From Gammaproteobacteria bacterium (GTDB taxonomy: Bacteria > Pseudomonadota > Gammaproteobacteria > Steroidobacterales > Foliamicaceae), in NCBI GenBank assembly GCA_026707445.1, contig JAPOWV010000004.1:10170-74169 (forward strand): a stretch of DNA of 64,000 nt, read 5' to 3'. This document shows positions 58,851 through 64,000 of this stretch, one piece after another; the stretch's first letter is position 1; each line of letters starts with the position of its first letter. The notes beneath the pieces were generated by a model, which did not search any database, was not told where the DNA came from, and saw nothing but the letters and a program-made list of their open reading frames with translations. A program made the translations under genes and the position numbers.

Positions 58851-60002
58851 ATGAGCAGAATCGAGAAATACACGGGCATGGTGATACAGCCGCACGTCAC
58901 GGTCGCCGAAGACCGCGGCGACATCGAGCGCAACCTCGACCGGGTGCTGAACATGATCGACTTCGGCGTGGGCTACTTCTGGGAGCTGCCGGTGAAGCTG
59001 GTGGTGCTGCCCGAATATTTCCTGCAGGGCGTGACCACTCCGGGCAAGGGCGAGCACGGCATCGAGGGCTTCATGAAGAAGGCGATCACGTTCGACGGCC
59101 CGGAGATGCGCGCGCTAGGCGACAAGGCGCGCGAGTACGGTCTTTACATCGCCGGCGGCGGAGTGGTGGAGCAGGTTCCCGAGTTTCCCGACCGCTGGTT
59201 CAACGCCGCCTTCGTGATCGGGCCTTCCGGCGAGGTGGTCCTTCGCTACCACAAGTGGCACATCCCCGCCAACATCGGCCTGGGGACCAGCCCCCACGAT
59301 CTGCTGGACGAATACCGCGAGGTGTTCGGAGCCGACATCAAGGACCTGTTCCCGGTGATCGATACGGAGATCGGCAAGCTCGGCACCATGACCTGCCACG
59401 ACGGCTGCACGCCGGAGGTCTCCCGCGCGCTGGGCTACAACGGCTGCGAGGTGCTCTGCCATCCCACCGCTCTGCAGGAGATCGAAGGCGTGAGCGAACC
59501 CTGGGATTTCTGGACCTTCACGCGACGGACGCGCGCGCACGACAACATGTGCTACCTGCTGGGCTCGAACTGGGGCACGGTCGACTACGACTACTATCCC
59601 AGGGCCTTCTGCCCCGGCGGCTCGTTCATCATCGACTACACCGGCATGATGCTGCGCCACGCCAACTATCCGTCCGAGCAGGTGATCGGCGCCACCATCG
59701 ACATCGAGGCGCTGCGCGAGCATCGTTCGCGCTGCGGTCACAACTGCTGGGTGGACGTGCGCACCGAGGGCTTCAAACAGATATACGAGAACCCGATCTA
59801 CCCGCCCAACCAGTTCCCGCCGGGCAAGCCGCCGCGCACGCTGGCGGACAAGATGGGGCCGCTGGACACCGTGTTCCGGGACATCTACGGGCGCGGTCAG
59901 TTCATGCCGCCCGCGGGCATGACGGTGGAGGACATGCCGAAGCTGCACCGCAAGCGCGTCACCGCCGCCCAGGACCGCGGCACGCTGAAGAAGAGCGACT
60001 AG
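58851..60002 (+). CDS. Carbon-nitrogen hydrolase (nitrilase/amidase superfamily)
   Basis: ATG at 58851 after GGAGGAAAG. Putative E-K-C triad contexts VVLPEYFLQG, YHKWH and TMTCHDG. Confidence 0.75.
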   Translation: MSRIEKYTGMVIQPHVTVAEDRGDIERNLDRVLNMIDFGVGYFWELPVKLVVLPEYFLQGVTTPGKGEHGIEGFMKKAITFDGPEMRALGDKAREYGLYIAGGGVVEQVPEFPDRWFNAAFVIGPSGEVVLRYHKWHIPANIGLGTSPHDLLDEYREVFGADIKDLFPVIDTEIGKLGTMTCHDGCTPEVSRALGYNGCEVLCHPTALQEIEGVSEPWDFWTFTRRTRAHDNMCYLLGSNWGTVDYDYYPRAFCPGGSFIIDYTGMMLRHANYPSEQVIGATIDIEALREHRSRCGHNCWVDVRTEGFKQIYENPIYPPNQFPPGKPPRTLADKMGPLDTVFRDIYGRGQFMPPAGMTVEDMPKLHRKRVTAAQDRGTLKKSD

Positions 60003-60012
60003 GGGGTCTGCA

Positions 60013-60360
60013 ATGCGCGTAACGAGCGACCTGGCCGACCTCGATATAAAACTCGGGCGCATCAGCCGCCGGGGCGAAGAGCTGGTGGTGGAGAGCGCGC
60101 CGGAAAGCAGCCTCGATGCGCGTATCCGGATTGACGCCTCGGATGCGCGCGGCATGATGGGAAAGGTGCTGAAGTCGGGCGCCGTCTGGGGCTTTCTGCT
60201 GCGTTTGCCGTTTTCGCGCCCGGCGCGCGCGACGCGAACGTCCCGGGGGCGAGGGCGTCCCGCCCTCAACGAAGGCGGAGATGCCGGCGTTCCCCGTTCC
60301 CCGGACAATCCGGCATGGCGGGCGCGGCGCGAGAGTACCGGGCTCAACAAACCTTGGTAG
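60013..60360 (+). CDS. Hypothetical protein (weak call)
   Basis: The first ~65 aa look protein-like; the C-terminal half is Arg/Pro-rich and may be non-coding read-through. No recognisable domain. Confidence 0.25.
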   Translation: MRVTSDLADLDIKLGRISRRGEELVVESAPESSLDARIRIDASDARGMMGKVLKSGAVWGFLLRLPFSRPARATRTSRGRGRPALNEGGDAGVPRSPDNPAWRARRESTGLNKPW

Positions 60361-60389
60361 GCTATAGGGCCTGAGTGGCGGGAACGGTT

Positions 60390-61394
60390 ATGGCGAAAAT
60401 CACGGGATTCGGGGAAATCATGCTGCGGCTGGCCACGCCGCGCGGCCAGGTGCTGGACGGTACCCAATCGCTGGAGGTGGATTTCGGCGGCGCCGAAGCG
60501 AACACGATCGTCGCGCTCGCGCGCCTGGGCCATGACGCGCAGTTCGTGACCGGCCTGCCGGACAACGACTGGGGGCGCCGCGCAGCCGCTATGCTGGCTT
60601 CCGCCGGCGTGCGGCGCAGCACAAGGTATATCGACGGCGCGCGCATGGGAACCTATTTTCTGGAGAGCGGCGCCGGCCTGCGTGGCGGCAGGGTGATTTA
60701 CGACCGCAGGAACTCGGCTTTCGCCGTCTGCGACTGGTCGGATCTCGATTGGTCACGACTGCTGGCCGATTTCGACTGGCTGCATCTGAGCGGCATCACG
60801 CTGGCACTCTCCCAATCCGCTGCCGACGCCTGCGAGAGTGCCGCGAAGGCGGCGCGCGAAGCGGGTTGCCGGGTGTCTTTCGACTGCAACTATCGCGAGG
60901 CACTGTGGGCCGATACCCGTTCCTTCGGGGCGGCCTGCCGCAGGATCGTCGCGCTGGCCGACCTGGTGTTCTGCGGATGCCGCGAGATTCGCTGGATCCT
61001 CGACCAGCCGCGGCCCGACGAGATTTCTCCGGACCCGGCGCACGGCTTCGGCCTGCTCGGGGACGTGGCCCCGCACATGACGGTACTGGCGGGCACCCTG
61101 CACGAGAAGGACGAAAGCGGCGCGCCCAGGCTCGGCGGCTTCGCGACCAACGGCGAAGAATCCGCCAAGCTGGAACCGCATGGCCTGGGTCAGGTCGTGG
61201 ATCCGGTGGGAGGTGGGGACGCTTACGCGGCGGGCGTGCTGCACGGCCTGGCGGAAGGCTGGTCGGTGGTCAGGGCCGCCGAGTTCGCCCTCGCCGCGGC
61301 CGCGCTGAAGCACACCATCATGGGCGATCAACTTCGCGCCACGCCCGCCGAGGTGATGCGCTACGCGGTCAACGGCGGCGCCGTCTCCCGCTGA
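60390..61394 (+). CDS. kdgK: PfkB-family sugar kinase, probable 2-dehydro-3-deoxygluconokinase
   Basis: MAKITGFGEIMLRL..GGAEANTIVALARLG.. and C-terminal VDPVGGGDAYAAG (PfkB signature). Close to the manD gene (62236-63447, opposite strand, one gene between). Confidence 0.8.
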   Translation: MAKITGFGEIMLRLATPRGQVLDGTQSLEVDFGGAEANTIVALARLGHDAQFVTGLPDNDWGRRAAAMLASAGVRRSTRYIDGARMGTYFLESGAGLRGGRVIYDRRNSAFAVCDWSDLDWSRLLADFDWLHLSGITLALSQSAADACESAAKAAREAGCRVSFDCNYREALWADTRSFGAACRRIVALADLVFCGCREIRWILDQPRPDEISPDPAHGFGLLGDVAPHMTVLAGTLHEKDESGAPRLGGFATNGEESAKLEPHGLGQVVDPVGGGDAYAAGVLHGLAEGWSVVRAAEFALAAAALKHTIMGDQLRATPAEVMRYAVNGGAVSR

Positions 61395-61415
61395 AGCGCG
61401 TTTTCGAAGCGGCGA

Positions 61416-62159
61416 TTACCGCAGCGTAACCAGCACCTCGTTGCGGCGCAGCGGCGGGATTGTCCAGGGCGGGTTGTAGCCCGCGACTCGCCAGTCGCCC
61501 TCGTGCCCGATGCCTCGGTCGTCAAGCCAGTCAACCAGGCGCTTGCGTTCCCGCTCCGCGTTCCTGTCGCTCATGAAACCGCCGAAGCGGACGCTGGCCA
61601 CACGGCGCGGCGGCACGTCCCGGACCATGACAGCCGGGTTGGATGGGACCGGAGAGTTATCGGCCGTATAGCCCTCAGGCAATACGAAGGCCATCCTCCA
61701 GGTGTCCATCGTTGCGCCGGCAAATGCCGGGCCCTGGCTGGCGCCCGAGTACTCCGCGGGGCCCATGACCACAGGTGCGGTCATCTGGATCTTCTCGCCG
61801 CGCGGCTCCATTTCCACCGGAGCGGTCATTTCGATCTTGCGCTTGCCGCTGTTCGCGCCGGATATGTAACGCACCAGCCGGCCGAACCCGGTTCGGGTGG
61901 CGGCATCGAAAGGAGGCGAGACCATCGTTTCCGCAATTGCGTAGCCGTCGTAATCGCGGACCTGGAAATCTCCGTCCTCGATGACGACGTTGTACGCCGG
62001 CTCTTCCGCGGCCTTTCCGCCGAACGCGGAGCAGGCTGCTACCGAGGCGGCCGTCACGATGCCGAGCATGCCGGTTCGAACTGTCTTTCGGGCTGGAACT
62101 GGCGCGGGCTGCGCCTTCCCGTTGGTGGAGGTGCTTGGATTGAATGTCGAGGTTGTCAT
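61416..62159 (-). CDS. SOUL/HEBP heme-binding-family protein
   Basis: ..EEPAYNVVIEDGDFQVRDYDGYAIAET.. ..FGRLVRYISGAN..KIEMTAPV.. ..RVAGYNPPWT.P.LRRNEVL. The start may instead be 62069 (MLGIVTAASVAAC, lipobox-like). Confidence 0.8.
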   Translation of the reverse strand: MTTSTFNPSTSTNGKAQPAPVPARKTVRTGMLGIVTAASVAACSAFGGKAAEEPAYNVVIEDGDFQVRDYDGYAIAETMVSPPFDAATRTGFGRLVRYISGANSGKRKIEMTAPVEMEPRGEKIQMTAPVVMGPAEYSGASQGPAFAGATMDTWRMAFVLPEGYTADNSPVPSNPAVMVRDVPPRRVASVRFGGFMSDRNAERERKRLVDWLDDRGIGHEGDWRVAGYNPPWTIPPLRRNEVLVTLR

Positions 62160-62235
62160 GGCAGTGTCCTCGACCTCCCCGCCAATCACCCTGAGTATAC
62201 GCCTGTTTTTTGCGTATGGATTCAGTTGTCCGTCG

Positions 62236-63447
62236 CTACCAGTGCCAGAGCGTACCGTCCTCCAGGCGGTTGACCGGGAGCGAGGCGGGTCGGTAGGGAT
62301 ATTTCGCCGCGAGTTTCTCGTCGATGTCCACGCCGTGGCCGGGCGCTTCGCCCGGATGCAGGTAGCCGTCGTCGAAGCTCCAGGCGCGGGGGAAAACGGC
62401 GTCGGTTTCCTCGGTGTGGCGCATGTACTCCTGGATGCCGAAGTTCGGCACCGACAGGTCGAAGTGCAGCGCGGCGCCCATGCTCACCGGAGACAGGTCG
62501 GTGGCGCCATGGCAGCCGGTGCGCACCTGGTAGAGCGCCGCGAGCGCGGCGATCTGGCGCAGGTGGGTGATGCCGCCGGCGTGTGCGACGGTGCAGCGGA
62601 TGTAGTCGATCAGCTGGTTCTCGATCAGGTCCTTGCAGTCCCAGACGGTGTTGAAGACTTCGCCCACCGCCAGCGGAGTCGTCGTGTGCGAGCGGATCAG
62701 CCTGAAGGACTCCTGGTTCTCGGCCGGCGTGGGGTCCTCCATCCAGAACAAGGCGTAGGGTTCCAGCGCCTTGCCCAGGCGGCCGGCCTCGATGGGCGTG
62801 AGGCGGTGATGCACGTCGTGCAGCAGGTGCGGCGTGAATCCGTATTGTTCGCGCAGCTCGGCGAAAAGCGCCGGCACGGAGTTGAGGTATTTCTCCGACG
62901 ACCAGACGTTCTCCTCGGGGAGCGCCGACGAGGCCGGTTCGTAGTACATCCTGTCCTTGCTTACGCCGTAGGTTCCCGCCAGGCCGGGGACGCCGCACTG
63001 GGCGCGCACGGCCTTGTAGCCGAGTTCCAGGTAGCGGCCCACCTCTTCCACCGCGGCGGCCACGTCCTCTCCGTTGGCGTGGCCGTAGCAGAGCACGCCG
63101 TCGCGGCTTCGACCGCCCAGCAACTGGTACAGCGGCATACCGGCAGCCTTGGCCTTGATGTCCCAGAGCGCGGTGTCCACCGCGCCGATCGCGGTCATCG
63201 TGACCGGCCCGCGGCGCCAGTATGCGCCTCGATACAGGTATTGCCAGGTGTCCTCGATGCGGTGGGCCTCGCGCCCGATCAGCGTGGGGATCACGTGGTC
63301 GTTCAGATAGCTGACGACGGCCATTTCCCGCCCGTTGAGCGTGGCGTCGCCGAGGCCCTGGACGCCGTCGTCCGTGACGATCTTCAGCGTCACGAAATTG
63401 CGGCCAGGGCAGGTCACGATCACGCGCGCTTCGGCAATCCGGGGCAT
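62236..63447 (-). CDS. manD: D-mannonate dehydratase ManD (enolase superfamily)
   Basis: [74 protein letters not shown]. Confidence 0.9.
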   Translation of the reverse strand: MPRIAEARVIVTCPGRNFVTLKIVTDDGVQGLGDATLNGREMAVVSYLNDHVIPTLIGREAHRIEDTWQYLYRGAYWRRGPVTMTAIGAVDTALWDIKAKAAGMPLYQLLGGRSRDGVLCYGHANGEDVAAAVEEVGRYLELGYKAVRAQCGVPGLAGTYGVSKDRMYYEPASSALPEENVWSSEKYLNSVPALFAELREQYGFTPHLLHDVHHRLTPIEAGRLGKALEPYALFWMEDPTPAENQESFRLIRSHTTTPLAVGEVFNTVWDCKDLIENQLIDYIRCTVAHAGGITHLRQIAALAALYQVRTGCHGATDLSPVSMGAALHFDLSVPNFGIQEYMRHTEETDAVFPRAWSFDDGYLHPGEAPGHGVDIDEKLAAKYPYRPASLPVNRLEDGTLWHW

Positions 63448-63716
63448 TAGGGCGTGTTCCCGCTATGCGACGCCGCTCTGCCGGGCCTGTTTTGTTGCCC
63501 GGCAAGGCGCCGCGAGCGCCGTGTGGCTGGCCCACTCAAGCGAGCGGCAACGCCGCCCGGCGGCAAAACAGGCCCGGCCCGAAGGGTTGAGTCTGTCACA
63601 CCGCCACTCGGCGTTGCTCGTCGCTCATTTGGAATGACCAAACTACGCTCCTCGCGCCTTGATTGGCGCCGTGACAGACTCAACAGAGCGGCGTCGCATA
63701 GCGGGAACACGCCCTA
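63448..63716. mobile_element. 269-bp nested-palindrome MITE-like element between the aldehyde dehydrogenase gene and manD
   Basis: Perfect 33-bp terminal inverted repeats TAGGGCGTGTTCCCGCTATGCGACGCCGCTCTG (63448-80 / 63684-716). Two internal long hairpins: 15-bp stem 63480-94/63564-78 and 14-bp stem 63586-99/63671-84. The outermost TA at each end is consistent with a TA target duplication. Confidence 0.8.
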
Positions 63717-64000
63717 GTCCATCCTCGCCATGATCGACTTGGTTTCCATGTAGATCTTGAGGCCCTCAAGGCCGTGCTCGCGGCCCCAGCCGGACTGCTT
63801 GTAGCCGCCGATCGGCATCGAGAGTTCCGGGATGCCGTGCGAGTTGATCCAGACGATGCCGGATTCCAGGCTTTCCGCGATCTCGTGTCCCCGCGCCAGG
63901 TCGCCGGTCCAGACGCTGGCCGCCAGACCGTATCGGCTTTGATTGGCCAGGCGGACGGCCTGCTCCGCCGTGTCGAAAGGCGTTACGGTCACGACGGGCC
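63714..64000 (-). CDS. NAD(P)-dependent aldehyde dehydrogenase, C-terminal part (gene continues beyond the window)
   Basis: ..SRYGLAASVWTGDL..GIVWINSHG..PIGGYKQSGWGREHGLEGL..Y.ETKSI is the conserved ALDH C-terminus. The frame is open to nt 64000. Confidence 0.85.
   Translation of the reverse strand, partial: PVVTVTPFDTAEQAVRLANQSRYGLAASVWTGDLARGHEIAESLESGIVWINSHGIPELSMPIGGYKQSGWGREHGLEGLKIYMETKSIMARMD

Noticed and set aside
58811-60533. 403-aa (+) and 472-aa (-) ORFs overlapping the carbon-nitrogen hydrolase gene
   Set aside because: These are alternative-frame or antisense to a gene with a plausible E-K-C triad and a strong SD at 58851. Their products are Arg/Gly-rich.
61981-63535. 489-aa (+) ORF and 437-aa (-) alternative-frame ORF over manD
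   Set aside because: The ManD frame (62236-63447, -) carries the enolase-superfamily motifs. The others are frame shadows.
63447-63717. Two 87-aa ORFs (one per strand), both starting MFPLCDAAL and ending AASHSGNTP
   Set aside because: The identical termini are simply the 33-bp inverted repeats translated on both strands, so the region is non-coding.
1-64000. Scan for CRISPR arrays, rRNA genes, and integrase/transposase/recombinase genes
   Set aside because: No regularly spaced direct repeats, no rRNA-like sequence and no recombinase-like translation appear in the six-frame track. The only mobile DNA seen is non-autonomous (MITEs).

Overview
High-GC (by eye mid-60s %) chromosomal segment that looks gammaproteobacterial: rhlB / trxA-rho synteny, three TonB-dependent receptors, aapJQM/P, ctaA-ctaB, copA, htpX, manD-kdgK. 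About 60 supportable features, mostly housekeeping or catabolic genes. No rRNA, CRISPR array, integrase or transposase gene was seen. Accessory content sits in three places. (1) Left edge, 1-11.0 kb: a three-gene operon of an SF2 helicase (DUF3883-like tail, 5' end cut by the window), a DUF1156 DNA methylase and a DUF499 ATPase with an N-terminal HEPN RNx3H motif. This is an Hma-like / Pgl-BREX-related candidate defence system with no known mechanism. It is followed by stacked toxin-antitoxin modules, one with a truncated VapC. (2) About 30.8-35.0 kb: a gene remnant, a decayed tRNA-like element and a lower-GC block holding one MmeI-like type IIG restriction-modification gene. That gene is split by a 157-bp MITE, and removing 153 nt restores one 1070-aa frame. 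(3) About 38.6-41.0 kb: a second lower-GC block with an HTH-T5orf172 (GIY-YIG-like) protein, a second inverted copy of the same MITE (155/157 identical), and a small protein + retropepsin-like aspartic protease pair of unknown function. Other points: a DUF1538x2 - PII-like - CBS operon; a ctaB lacking about 80 internal residues including the Asp-rich motif; a copA-ybdK-TonB receptor chain with overlapping start/stop codons; and a 269-bp nested-palindrome MITE inserted at what reconstructs as a TAATG stop/start overlap between an aldehyde dehydrogenase gene and manD. All calls come from reading the translations and DNA by eye; no database search was run.
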